Virus record (IMG/VR): IMGVR_UViG_3300023548_000002
Span: 9,460-73,459 of that record
DNA length: 64,000 bases
Reading direction: 5' to 3' (one strand)
DNA from: a virus
Part shown: piece by piece, positions 32,339-41,585 of the stretch
How the letters are laid out: every line of letters begins with the position of its first letter
Position numbering within the stretch: position 1 is the first letter of the stretch
Program-made: the position numbers and the translations under genes
The notes under the pieces: generated by a model
Told to the model about the DNA's origin: nothing
The model's input: only the letters and a program-made list of their open reading frames with translations
Databases searched by the model: none

Positions 32339-32870
32339 AAATATTTTTTGTCTGTTTCCCTCGTGCTTCTGATGATTGTTGTAATTCTCTCTTAACTTTC
32401 TCCTCGGCTTTGTTTACAGCATCTATAGCTTCTGAAAGTGTCTTAAAAGTTTCTGTAATCTTTTTAAAGTCGTGTATGGGTCTTCCATTCTTATCCCTCT
32501 CGTCAAAATCTATATTTGCAATATATTTTGAAAGATTATCAAGAGATTTTCGAGCATTCTGTAACAATACAAGTGAAGCCGTTTGTTGTAATTCATCATA
32601 TAAATCAAGTGCTTCTTGTAAATATTCTGGAATAGTGAATTTCTTTTTGCCATAAACAAGCTCTGCTACTCTTTCAAATCGTTCTTTCTCATCTATTATT
32701 TCTGCAAATTCAGAACGAAAGTCTTTGTAAAAGTAAATGAAAGAAAGATCAGCAATAGCTCTGACCTTCCCCTTAGTCCTATCCCTCTTCCATAATACTT
32801 TGAATGGAAGTAAGGATAAAGCTTCTGGCTTTATTTTTATCTCATAATCTATGTAGTTTAATAAACTCAT
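32322..32870 (-). CDS. putative terminase small subunit
   Basis: helical ORF directly upstream of TerL, ending RG..FEDG. Confidence 0.5.
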   Translation of the reverse strand: MSLLNYIDYEIKIKPEALSLLPFKVLWKRDRTKGKVRAIADLSFIYFYKDFRSEFAEIIDEKERFERVAELVYGKKKFTIPEYLQEALDLYDELQQTASLVLLQNARKSLDNLSKYIANIDFDERDKNGRPIHDFKKITETFKTLSEAIDAVNKAEEKVKRELQQSSEARGKQTKNIFEDGL

Positions 32871-32871
32871 A

Positions 32872-33156
32872 TTACCATTGGTTTAGTGGACACTTGTTGG
32901 CTTTCTTAAATGATTTTATCTTTAGCTCTAATAAACATCCACAGCCACATACTTTCTCTCCATTAACTTCCTTACACTTTTTTGGAGAACAAATGCCATT
33001 TACATTAAAATCACATCCTGAGCATTTCTCTATTCTCATAGATATTTCCTCCATCTCCTCGGGAGACAGTAAGTCCATACTATGTTTTAGCTGGTTCATT
33101 ACTGCCTCCATAAGAAGCGGAAAGGTCTGTATATATTTCTTAGCTTTCATTGGCAT
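32872..33156 (-). CDS. small Zn-binding protein
   Basis: CxxC..C..C..CGC..KCPxxxW. Confidence 0.6.
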   Translation of the reverse strand: MPMKAKKYIQTFPLLMEAVMNQLKHSMDLLSPEEMEEISMRIEKCSGCDFNVNGICSPKKCKEVNGEKVCGCGCLLELKIKSFKKANKCPLNQW

Positions 33157-34783
33157 AATCGGGATGTAACATGTGTGCGTTATTAAATATGTTTTCCTTG
33201 TAATGAATTACTGCACTTGTGGTTGCTAACATCAGTGCTGTTGATACTGCATTCTTACAAGCACATACTATCACCTTAGCGGGGTCTATTATCCCTCTTT
33301 CTATCCCATCTACAAAGGTATCTGTTGAAAAGTCTATGGTCAGATTGAATCGCTCTTTCTCCATATTATTTTTAAACCACTTCTCTACTTTCTTTGTAGG
33401 CAAGGTAGAGTTATCTACTAAGGTTTCAAAGGGCTTTAATAAACTCTTCCCTAAAGCTACTAAGGCTTCCCGTTTATATGCTGGTAGTTCCTCTTCTTTG
33501 GCTTTTTGTATTAAGGCACTACCTAAATAAGCTAATAGTATTCCTCCCCCTACTACATATCCCATCTCAAAGGTTGATTGCGTAGCTAAAATAGCATCTT
33601 CTACACGGTCTTTCTTCTCCGTAATCTCTACCTCAGTATATCCTCCAACATATAAACGTGCTACTCCTTTAAAAAGCATTGCTAAACGCTCTCTATGTCT
33701 TTCATCTATTCCTTTTTCCGCCCTCTTGATAGTTTCCTCTATGTAACTAATACGAGCTTCTATCTTTTCTTTATCTCCCTTACCGTTGATAATAGTAGTT
33801 TCCTTTGGAGAGATTATTACTTTCTCTGCTTCCCCCAATATCTCTTTGTTTACTTTAAGCTTTTTCCCTTTGTTATTAAAGACTACTTTACACCCTAATA
33901 ATACTCCTAAGTCTTCCATCATCAATATCTTCATATTCCCTACTCCTGGGGGACGTAATACCGCTACTCTTACTCGCTGAGCTTTAGCATTCTCAAGAAC
34001 AAAGTCCAGTGCTTCCCGCTCTAATTGTGAGGCAAATAGTATTAAATCTCTCTTATTTTCTGCCGCTAAGTAAATTAAGTCGTATAAATCACTTGTTTGC
34101 TTATACTCCAAATCTGTTACTACAATCAGTGGATTGGTAAATTCCGCAGTATCTCCATATATTGTTCTAAATAATGGATGTATGTAAGAATGCTCTACCA
34201 CGGCTCCTCTTAGTAGTTCCGAGTAAGTCTTCCCTGTTTTACTCTCTTCAATGAATATCTTACCATTTTTCCCTACTCTATATACCAACTTACCAATTAT
34301 CTCCCCTAATTCTTTATCATTATTGGTAGATAGTGTTGCAATTCGTATTAAATCTTGCTCTTCCTGTATTGTATGAGCAGTATTCTTAATCTCATCTATT
34401 ACTACTTCTAATACCTCATCAATGACTTTCTTTATACTTGCCATCTTATACTTACTGTCAAGCTCTAATAGCAAGTTAAATAACTCCCTCATAATGATTG
34501 TGGAGGTGGTAGTCCCATCCCCCGCTTCTTCTACTGTCTTAGCTGCTGCTTCTTTGGCTATTTGTGCCCCTACATTAGCTAAACGGTCTTCTAAGAATAT
34601 CTCATTGGCTACCGATACTCCATCTTTGGTTATTCGTGATTTATTATATACACGCTCCAATATGACATTCCTACCATTAGGACCAAGAGTCTGACTTACT
34701 GCATCTGCTAATATGTTTACTCCACATGCTAACCCTTTAGAGGCTTCATCGTTTAATTTTACTTCTCGCTCATCTGGAAACAT
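33140..34783 (-). CDS. groEL: group I chaperonin GroEL
   Basis: TLGPNGRNV, ITKDGVSVA, AGDGTTT, KKDRVEDA, GIIDPAKV. Confidence 0.95.
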   Translation of the reverse strand: MFPDEREVKLNDEASKGLACGVNILADAVSQTLGPNGRNVILERVYNKSRITKDGVSVANEIFLEDRLANVGAQIAKEAAAKTVEEAGDGTTTSTIIMRELFNLLLELDSKYKMASIKKVIDEVLEVVIDEIKNTAHTIQEEQDLIRIATLSTNNDKELGEIIGKLVYRVGKNGKIFIEESKTGKTYSELLRGAVVEHSYIHPLFRTIYGDTAEFTNPLIVVTDLEYKQTSDLYDLIYLAAENKRDLILFASQLEREALDFVLENAKAQRVRVAVLRPPGVGNMKILMMEDLGVLLGCKVVFNNKGKKLKVNKEILGEAEKVIISPKETTIINGKGDKEKIEARISYIEETIKRAEKGIDERHRERLAMLFKGVARLYVGGYTEVEITEKKDRVEDAILATQSTFEMGYVVGGGILLAYLGSALIQKAKEEELPAYKREALVALGKSLLKPFETLVDNSTLPTKKVEKWFKNNMEKERFNLTIDFSTDTFVDGIERGIIDPAKVIVCACKNAVSTALMLATTSAVIHYKENIFNNAHMLHPDYANES

Positions 34784-34786
34784 ATC

Positions 34787-35059
34787 TTAAGATTTTAAGT
34801 AAGCAATTACGTCGGTTTCTCGAAAGATTAAGTAAGGGTCGCCATTTACATAAATAGCAATAGGCATAGCATTTTCCATAATCAATACCTTATACCCCTC
34901 CCTAATCTCTGTTACATGATGTCCTGTTTTTAATACTTCCAAATAATTCACTTTCTTCTCTATTCCTACTAATTTGTCATCTTCCTGCTTTTCTTCTAAA
35001 CTTGGTTTGATGATAAAGTGATTCCGCATTGGAATCGGTAATTTCTCTGTTTTACTCAT
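34787..35059 (-). CDS. groES: co-chaperonin GroES-like
   Basis: 90 aa just upstream of groEL; PMRNHFIIKP..EVLKTG..YLIFRETDVIA. Confidence 0.75.
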   Translation of the reverse strand: MSKTEKLPIPMRNHFIIKPSLEEKQEDDKLVGIEKKVNYLEVLKTGHHVTEIREGYKVLIMENAMPIAIYVNGDPYLIFRETDVIAYLKS

Positions 35060-35333
35060 ATCCGTATTTTTCTTTTTGTTCTAAATATTCTAAATGCTCT
35101 AAGAGCACTTTCTGTACATCCCGATAACCCCCCTTTACATAAAAATTTCCTTGGGGAAGGATAATGATACAATAATCATCTCCACCTTCCTCCAAGGAAA
35201 AGTCATGAGTGAATGGTAATGTTACTTTGTAAGGTGTAGAGTATTTATCACTGGGATGCCCAGAATAAACAGTCATCTCTACTGTGTAATCACTTAGAAA
35301 TTTCATCTCTCTGTTTTTTAAGCTGTCTCTCAC
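35052..35333 (-). CDS. hypothetical protein
   Basis: ORF overlapping neighbours in the operon. Confidence 0.5.
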   Translation of the reverse strand: MRDSLKNREMKFLSDYTVEMTVYSGHPSDKYSTPYKVTLPFTHDFSLEEGGDDYCIIILPQGNFYVKGGYRDVQKVLLEHLEYLEQKEKYGYE

Positions 35334-35532
35334 AAAGATAGTGATTTACTTTTATACTACCAAAATATTTTAATCTTAAATTCCCTGCATCTTCGTGAGA
35401 TTCTACGTTAAACTCTTCCATAATTCGTTTTAATAACTTCCACTGAGACAGATACACCTTCTGTGCTTCCTGCTCTGTAATATTGTATTCTTCCGCTATT
35501 TTCCTTAGTATTTTCTTTACTATAATATTCAT
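35290..35532 (-). CDS. HU/IHF-like DNA-binding protein
   Basis: ILRKIAEEYNITEQEAQKV..LRLKYFGSIKV pattern. Confidence 0.65.
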   Translation of the reverse strand: MNIIVKKILRKIAEEYNITEQEAQKVYLSQWKLLKRIMEEFNVESHEDAGNLRLKYFGSIKVNHYLCERQLKKQRDEISK

Positions 35533-35744
35533 TCTTCTCTACTTATTAAATACCGTAGTCTCCATTTTCCTTCTACTGTCTTCTTTATCTGGTAATCTAT
35601 CTGGTAATCCATCTCATACTCATTATTCATATCTATTACCTCTTGCTCTACCTTCTCTAATACTCTCTCAGCTTCTTCTTTTGTCTTAAACTCTTTCTGT
35701 GAACTAAATAAATTCATATATTGTTTCTTATGTTTATATACCAC
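35529..35744 (-). CDS. hypothetical protein
   Basis: coupled ORF. Confidence 0.5.
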   Translation of the reverse strand: MVYKHKKQYMNLFSSQKEFKTKEEAERVLEKVEQEVIDMNNEYEMDYQIDYQIKKTVEGKWRLRYLISREE

Positions 35745-36013
35745 TCGTATTTTACAGGATTAAGTGATTCCGCCTGTATCTTATTTATCACCCCCTCTGA
35801 TGACTTCGCTCTAAATAATACGTCCTCTCTGTGCATATTTGTATCTAATACATAATCATTTGCTTCCTTTGTAATAGGATACAATATCATACTCTCATTA
35901 TCCTCCATTAACCCCCCATATACATACACATCCCCTACTACATAACTCCTAATGGTCGGAGTGAATATAATTATATCCCCCTTAATTAAATTCTCTGGTA
36001 AACTACAAGCCAT
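35714..36013 (-). CDS. hypothetical protein
   Basis: coupled ORF. Confidence 0.5.
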   Translation of the reverse strand: MACSLPENLIKGDIIIFTPTIRSYVVGDVYVYGGLMEDNESMILYPITKEANDYVLDTNMHREDVLFRAKSSEGVINKIQAESLNPVKYEWYINIRNNI

Positions 36014-36368
36014 TTCTCTTTATGTTAAATTGTAAAACTATTTCATCTGTATGAGGACATCGTATCTTTGGATTTAACCTGTCATTCTTTAATATCCCCC
36101 TACTCCTTAACTTACTTAATACATTATTTACAGTATTATAACTCGTCCCCAATCTATTAGCTATCTCATACCTATTCTCCTTGGTAAATATCAATAAACT
36201 TCTCCTATCCTCCTCAATAGCTCTATACTTATCATCATAATACATTATCTCCGCTAATACTTCTAATTCACGTGCACTCAACCCTAAATACCCATTTAAT
36301 ACTCTTAGGTACTGCTTGTAAAACTCTCTCCCCGTAGGTGCTACTGTCTCTTTACGTAATATCTTCAT
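36003..36368 (-). CDS. winged HTH DNA-binding protein
   Basis: LSARELEVL..EIANRLGTSYNTVNNVLSKLRSRGIL. Confidence 0.75.
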   Translation of the reverse strand: MKILRKETVAPTGREFYKQYLRVLNGYLGLSARELEVLAEIMYYDDKYRAIEEDRRSLLIFTKENRYEIANRLGTSYNTVNNVLSKLRSRGILKNDRLNPKIRCPHTDEIVLQFNIKRNGL

Positions 36369-36384
36369 ATTTAGTTATTTATGT

Positions 36385-36810
36385 TACTACCCATTTGGGT
36401 ATATTTTACCCCTAAGGTGGTAGCTCCCGCTATCACATAAGAATAAAAACCGTTCCGTTCTTATTCCCTCTTTCAAGTAGTTAGTCCTGACTTCGCTGGT
36501 GATGTCCACAGTTTCTTATGTTCCCTGCGTCACGACCCTCACGGGAGGCTTTCCCATGCCATGTAAAACCCGCCCGAAGCGTCCCAACTACTCTTATATC
36601 CCTATCGGAGAAAACTCCACCGCTATGTTCCTCTATTATTTCAAGAGCGCAGCTTACAATCCGACTTCTGGAGGGCTACCGCACCTTTTAGGCTCCTCAC
36701 CCCCGTACTTTGGTATAAAGAATAGTCCACCTTAGTAACCTTATAGCTACTAAGTAAATTCTTTATCATTATGTATCTGAACTATTCCCTTGGAAAACCA
36801 AAGGGGATGA
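36385..36810 (-). ncRNA. candidate structured RNA leader (or folded origin)
   Basis: GC-richer ORF-poor stretch with nested inverted repeats downstream of a consensus promoter. Confidence 0.35.
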
Positions 36811-36811
36811 G

Positions 36812-36842
36812 CAAATATACTAAATAATATTTATTATTCCAA
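36812..36842 (-). promoter_or_regulatory. Bacteroidota sigma-A type promoter (TTG-N20-TATATTTG)
   Basis: minus strand TTG at 36842-36840 and TATATTTG at 36819-36812. Confidence 0.7.
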
Positions 36843-37070
36843 GAAAAAATTAAATTATTTTTTAAAAATGTGCTTATAAGTAGGACAACTTGCTGTAAAT
36901 GAGTAAGATAGATTGTTGAAAAAAAAATTTATTTTTTTTTTTGAAAGGCATTCTGAAAATTTTTTGTGCACCCCGACGAGAGGGGACTACCCCCCAAGAC
37001 CACCCCAGGGTCGCATGCGCAGGGGAATATACCCCACATCCAACCTCGTAACCCATTAAATCTATATATT

Positions 37071-37277
37071 ATGAAAAAGTTCAAGTTAAAATTAGTCGAG
37101 GTTACGCAAAAAGAAGAGGTGGTAGTCGCCAAGTTCGTAATGTCTAACGACCTTGGTCGATGCTTCGTCTGGGGATTTTATGTGCCAGGTGCTACGCCGC
37201 CTGAACAGCTCACAGTCTCCGCTGACGCTATCATCGTCAACAACGGCTTCCGCCATCTCGACCCGACTAAGGCATGA
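37071..37277 (+). CDS. small early protein (68 aa)
   Basis: ATG at 37071 after an AT-rich leader; followed by a terminator. Confidence 0.65.
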   Translation: MKKFKLKLVEVTQKEEVVVAKFVMSNDLGRCFVWGFYVPGATPPEQLTVSADAIIVNNGFRHLDPTKA

Positions 37278-37281
37278 CGCC

Positions 37282-37303
37282 AGCCCCCTTCGGGGGCTTT
37301 TTT
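37282..37303 (+). terminator. intrinsic terminator
   Basis: agccccc-ttcg-gggggct stem with UUCG loop plus T tract. Confidence 0.85.
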
Positions 37304-37375
37304 CTCTTGTCAATTCCTGAATAAGTTCGATTTTTTATATATCTATCTTTTCTAACTTATTAATAAATTAATAAG

Positions 37376-37438
37376 GGATTACGCTTGGTAACTCATGGAT
37401 AAGTTAAAAAGGATTACGCACGGTAACGCATGGATAAG
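37376..37438. repeat. imperfect 28-bp tandem direct repeat
   Basis: ggattacgcttggtaactcatggataag / ggattacgcacggtaacgcatggataag, 35-bp period. Confidence 0.8.
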
Positions 37439-37655
37439 GGAAGAATGGTCGCTAAGCCCCTCCGCCCCTGAATACTCCGTCTCAGTCCTAACGAATAAGC
37501 CATTTCATACTTATTCATAGACCTTTTCTCTGCTCTATTTCCTTCCAAGAGAGCAAGAACTACTTGATATTAAGAATATTTCAACTATTTTCGCTAATAG
37601 TAAGGAAATAAAAACTTGTAAAAAATTAATTAATCACCAAAAAAACCTTAAAGCT

Positions 37656-38276
37656 ATGGGAACAACAGACTTAACAGCACTCGAAAAATTCATTGAAAAG
37701 TATTCTGATAAAGTTAATTGGAGTGAAATTTCAGAACATAAAAAACTATCGGAAGAGTTCATTGAGAAATATTCTGATAAAGTTAATTGGTATTGGATTT
37801 CACTCTATCAAAAATTATCAGAAGAATTTATTGATAAACATTCTGATAAAGTTGATTGGTATTGGATTTCAAAATATCAAGAATTATCAGAAGAATTTAT
37901 TGAAAATTACTCTAATAAAATTAATTGGAAACAGATTTCAAAATATCAAAAATTATCTGAAAAATTTATCGAGAAACATTCTGACAAAATTGATTGGAGA
38001 CAAATTTCAGAATATCAAAAATTGTCTGAAAATTTTATTGAAAAGTATAAAGACAAAATTGATTGGGAACATATTTCAGCTTACCAAAAATTATCTGAAG
38101 AATTTATTGAAAAACATTCAGATAAGGTTGATTGGTATTATATTTCAATGCACCAAGAATTATCTGAAAAATTCATTGAGAATCATTCTGATAAAGTTAA
38201 TTGGAAATGGATTTCAGCTTGCCAGAAATTATCAGAAGAATTCATTGAAAAGCATTCTGATAAATTAACTAAATAA
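37656..38276 (+). CDS. Trp-repeat protein 1 (8 x 23 aa)
   Basis: unit LSEEFIEKxSDKVDWxxISxxQK. Confidence 0.85.
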   Translation: MGTTDLTALEKFIEKYSDKVNWSEISEHKKLSEEFIEKYSDKVNWYWISLYQKLSEEFIDKHSDKVDWYWISKYQELSEEFIENYSNKINWKQISKYQKLSEKFIEKHSDKIDWRQISEYQKLSENFIEKYKDKIDWEHISAYQKLSEEFIEKHSDKVDWYYISMHQELSEKFIENHSDKVNWKWISACQKLSEEFIEKHSDKLTK

Positions 38277-38287
38277 AAATAAAAGCT

Positions 38288-38836
38288 ATGAAAACAACAG
38301 AATTAAAAAATCTCGAAGAATTTATTGAGAAACACCCCAATATAGTTAATTGGAGTGAAATTTCAAAATATCAAAAATTATCTGAAAAAATTATTGAAAA
38401 ACATTCTGATAAAGTTGATTGGTTTTGGATTTCGATTAAGCAAAAATTATCGGAGGAATTTATTGAAAAGTATTCTGATAAAGTTAATTGGTATTATATT
38501 TCAATTCACCAAGATTTATCTGAAAATTTCATTGAAAAGTATTCAAATAAAGTTGATTGGAGTGAAATTTCAGCTTACCAGAAACTATCGGAGGAATTTA
38601 TTGAAAAGTATTCAGATAAAGTTGATTGGTATTGGATTTCAGCTTACCAGAAATTATCGGAGGAATTCATTGAGAAGCATTCTGATAAAGTTGATTGGAA
38701 ATGGATTTCAGCTTGCCAGAAATTATCGGAGGAATTTATTGAGAATCATTCTGATAAGGTTGATTGGTATTGGATTTCAGCTTACCAGAAATTATCAGAG
38801 GAATTTATCGAAAAACATTCTGATAAACTCGGTTAA
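38288..38836 (+). CDS. Trp-repeat protein 2 (7 x 23 aa)
   Basis: same repeat unit. Confidence 0.85.
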   Translation: MKTTELKNLEEFIEKHPNIVNWSEISKYQKLSEKIIEKHSDKVDWFWISIKQKLSEEFIEKYSDKVNWYYISIHQDLSENFIEKYSNKVDWSEISAYQKLSEEFIEKYSDKVDWYWISAYQKLSEEFIEKHSDKVDWKWISACQKLSEEFIENHSDKVDWYWISAYQKLSEEFIEKHSDKLG

Positions 38837-38992
38837 ATATATAAAGGAGATTATTATCTCTGGTGGCAGCAGATAATTTCATTATCTGCCTTCAACAGTT
38901 AAAAGCTGTTGTCGTAACATAGTATTATTACTATGTATTGTGCGACTCTTCCTAACTTGGAAGAGTGATATATTAACCCAAAAATCATATAT

Positions 38993-39146
38993 TATGGCAC
39001 GCATTTTATTCATCGACCCTCGTACAGGGTTATTAACTTCATTCAATCCACGTAAAAAAGGGGATGAATGGGCAAAGAACCCAGACAAAGTTAAAGAAGA
39101 ATCTTTCAAAGCTCTGAAAGACCTCAAAAAGAAAAAAAGATATTAA
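38993..39146 (+). CDS. small basic hypothetical protein
   Basis: MARILFIDP.. after an A-rich leader; start approximate. Confidence 0.45.
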
Positions 39147-39162
39147 TTTAAATCTCAGAGCT

Positions 39163-39378
39163 ATGAAAAAAGTAAGAAACTTCAAAAACAAAAAGGGGTT
39201 CTTTCGTGTAAACCCCAGAAACGATTTACAAATGGTAAAAGAGGGATTACGTCCCCCTCGATTAACCCTTGACAGGACAATATTCAGAAAGACAGATGCC
39301 GAGCGGTATCTATTGAAACAATTAAAGAAAAATTGCCAAGGCATGATTGGTAGAACTATCAAATATCGTGCAATTTAA
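39163..39378 (+). CDS. small basic hypothetical protein
   Basis: 71-aa ORF. Confidence 0.5.
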   Translation: MKKVRNFKNKKGFFRVNPRNDLQMVKEGLRPPRLTLDRTIFRKTDAERYLLKQLKKNCQGMIGRTIKYRAI

Positions 39379-39658
39379 CTATGTTATTAACAGGGGAAAA
39401 GCACTGATACCCAAAATAAGTCCTAAGTGCATAGGCAGTATTAATATGATAGGTGTATTAGGAATAATAGGAATTATTGCTTTAGCAGTATTACGAGCTA
39501 CAGCACATCAATAGACTGAAAGCTCTCTGAAAGGACGCAGATGTGGAAAAACAGAATCCAATCTCACTGAGTAAGAGAGCAGTAGGGGAGAAGAGAGAGA
39601 ACTCGTTAAAACTCACAAATAAACTCTAATTAAAAACCAAACAAAAATCATTAAAACT

Positions 39659-40117
39659 ATGGGAAAATTAATCATGAAAGCCCATCCTGAAACAGGAGTA
39701 TTGGGCACTGAAGCAACTTTAAGCAATGGTAACAAAGGAGCATGGGTTCGAGTTGAGCAATCCACTGTTCAAATAAATAACGGCTTTATTGAAGAGCGAA
39801 AACGAGTAGCATTTGCTTTCGTTCCCGATGCCCTTAAAGCTCAAATATTGGACGGTAAGAAAGATGGTGATGAATTTCCTTTGGAAGGAAAAATTGTCAT
39901 CAAAGAAGCGTTACAACCTTTCTACGAAGGACAAGAACCCAAACGTGCAGGAGAAGATGGAGGTATCTGCGTAAAAAATGGTCGTCCTATCTACCGTCAA
40001 ATAGTATTTACCTCAAACATGGCGGAAGAAGATGAATTAATTCCCCACGATGCTATTGTGGAGAGTTTAGCATCTTTAGAAGCTACACAAGATACCAATT
40101 CTGCTGAAGAGCTGTAA
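39659..40117 (+). CDS. conserved Bacteroidota-phage protein, possibly SSB-like
   Basis: VRVEQ..PKRAGEDGGIC..GRPIYR motif, beta-rich, acidic tail. Confidence 0.5.
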   Translation: MGKLIMKAHPETGVLGTEATLSNGNKGAWVRVEQSTVQINNGFIEERKRVAFAFVPDALKAQILDGKKDGDEFPLEGKIVIKEALQPFYEGQEPKRAGEDGGICVKNGRPIYRQIVFTSNMAEEDELIPHDAIVESLASLEATQDTNSAEEL

Positions 40118-40123
40118 TTGGTC

Positions 40124-40167
40124 AGGGATTATGGTAATAAAGGGAGGTTCGATTCCTCCCAATCCCT
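40124..40167 (+). ncRNA. tRNA-like minihelix (acceptor stem plus T arm)
   Basis: agggatt/aatccct 7-bp stem and ggagg-ttcgatt-cctcc T arm; no D or anticodon arm. Confidence 0.55.
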
Positions 40168-40269
40168 CTAAATCCAAAAGTAACCCCATATAATGTATAG
40201 TGTTGTATTTCCAGAAAATTACCACAGAGTAGATGGGGTGAAATTGGATTTATACAGGTTTAATGGGTG

Positions 40270-40308
40270 AACCCATTAGCATCCAACGGATGTTAATGGG
40301 TTTTTTTT
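40270..40308 (+). terminator. intrinsic terminator
   Basis: aacccattagcatcc-aac-ggatgttaatgggtt plus T run. Confidence 0.85.
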
Positions 40309-40456
40309 GTTTTAAATTAAAATAAGATACATTCTACCCAACAATCTTTCACCATCCACCCAACACTCTATGAATTCCCCAACCTCTTTTCAGCAATAAC
40401 CCATTTTACACACATTTACAAAATTTATTTATTTAATATACTAAAAGCAATATACA

Positions 40457-40723
40457 ATGGAGAAACTGCACACACAACCAAAAGTAATAGCCTTTTCTTC
40501 CTCAATAGATGAAGAAAAACAATTCCTTTACACCAACTTTGAATTTATTGGAGAACCAGAAAATGGAGATGTCTTTGTAACAGAAAACCAGATAGAATTA
40601 TTAGAAGAATGGTTACAACAAGTAAGAGAAGAAGATAATAAAGTTATCGAAGAACTATTAACCACACTCATACACCATATAAAGAAAGAGAACTACAATC
40701 TTATTATTATTTATACATTTTAA
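40457..40723 (+). CDS. hypothetical protein
   Basis: 88-aa ORF. Confidence 0.55.
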   Translation: MEKLHTQPKVIAFSSSIDEEKQFLYTNFEFIGEPENGDVFVTENQIELLEEWLQQVREEDNKVIEELLTTLIHHIKKENYNLIIIYTF

Positions 40724-40728
40724 CAAGA

Positions 40729-40950
40729 ATGCTTATGGATATAAAAAGAGCAATAGAAATTCTCAAACAGTATAATAAATGGAGAACTGATAAAGAAATA
40801 CCATCAGTAAAAAAGATGCCACGTCCTTGTGAGATTACAGAAGCTATAAATACAGTCGTTGGAACATATACCCTCTTTGAATTCATGCGAGATAAAAATG
40901 GGGTAGCATTAACATTTGATGAACTTGGGGAAATATTGGGGAATAAATAG
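40729..40950 (+). CDS. hypothetical protein
   Basis: 73-aa ORF. Confidence 0.55.
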   Translation: MLMDIKRAIEILKQYNKWRTDKEIPSVKKMPRPCEITEAINTVVGTYTLFEFMRDKNGVALTFDELGEILGNK

Positions 40951-40958
40951 TATATTTG
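40951..40958 (+). promoter_or_regulatory. Bacteroidota-type -7 promoter element heading the small-ORF array
   Basis: TATATTTG in intergenic position. Confidence 0.55.
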
Positions 40959-41028
40959 CATTATAAGGGTTATGGTCATTATAGTGAATAGCGTAATTAT
41001 GTATTTAATAACTTAAAATTTAAATAAA

Positions 41029-41310
41029 ATGACAGAAGACGCAAAAAAAGTATGGAAAATAATGGAAGAAGATTTTGGCTGGAGTAATAAACCTAAGGAT
41101 TTTCATTTAGAATATTTTGAAGATATTATAAAAGCTACCAAGAAAGCATTAACTTTAAACGTAGTTAGCCGAAGTTTACTAAGTGAATATGATATAGGTA
41201 TAATTAGCGACTATGGTGTAGGGAATGTAGAATGGTGGCAAAATTATGTAAGAGAAGAAGTAGCGAGATGTAATGATTACTGGGTATCGCAATTACAAGA
41301 CGGGGATTAA
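41029..41310 (+). CDS. hypothetical cassette-like protein
   Basis: 93 aa; internal ALTLNVVSRS encodes a GTTA site. Confidence 0.6.
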   Translation: MTEDAKKVWKIMEEDFGWSNKPKDFHLEYFEDIIKATKKALTLNVVSRSLLSEYDIGIISDYGVGNVEWWQNYVREEVARCNDYWVSQLQDGD

Positions 41311-41396
41311 CTTAATGGCAAAGGCACGCTAACAAATTTGTATAAGCGTAATTGTGTATTTAATAACTTAAAATAATAACACAAAAATTTAGAATT

Positions 41397-41585
41397 ATGG
41401 GACAAATAATTTATCAAACAATTTACACCTGCGATTTATGCGGAAAAACTCCTGAAGATGGTGAGAAATTATGGCACATGGGAAATGAAGTATGGTGTGA
41501 AGAATGTTGTAATAAATCTTATTATGAAGACGATGAAGACGATGAAGATGACAATTGTGATGCAACCGAAAGTGATATTTATTAA
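41397..41585 (+). CDS. small Zn-finger protein with acidic tail
   Basis: CDLC..CEEC; DEDDEDD. Confidence 0.6.
   Translation: MGQIIYQTIYTCDLCGKTPEDGEKLWHMGNEVWCEECCNKSYYEDDEDDEDDNCDATESDIY

Noticed and set aside
1296-34694. Plus-strand ORFs antisense to structural genes
   Set aside because: Fully nested opposite long genes, with Ser/Phe/Ile-rich shadow composition
36499-37132. Short ORFs in the divergence region (36499+, 36874-, 36929-, GTG extension at 36966)
   Set aside because: Atypical composition and poor start context; better explained as structured non-coding DNA
39380-39600. Possible ribozyme or sRNA upstream of ORF 39659 (gctctc/gagagc pairing) and a 22-aa hydrophobic ORF
   Set aside because: No complete hammerhead core found and pairing too short to support a call by eye
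40124-40167. Functional tRNA gene
   Set aside because: No room for D arm or anticodon arm; reported as a minihelix instead
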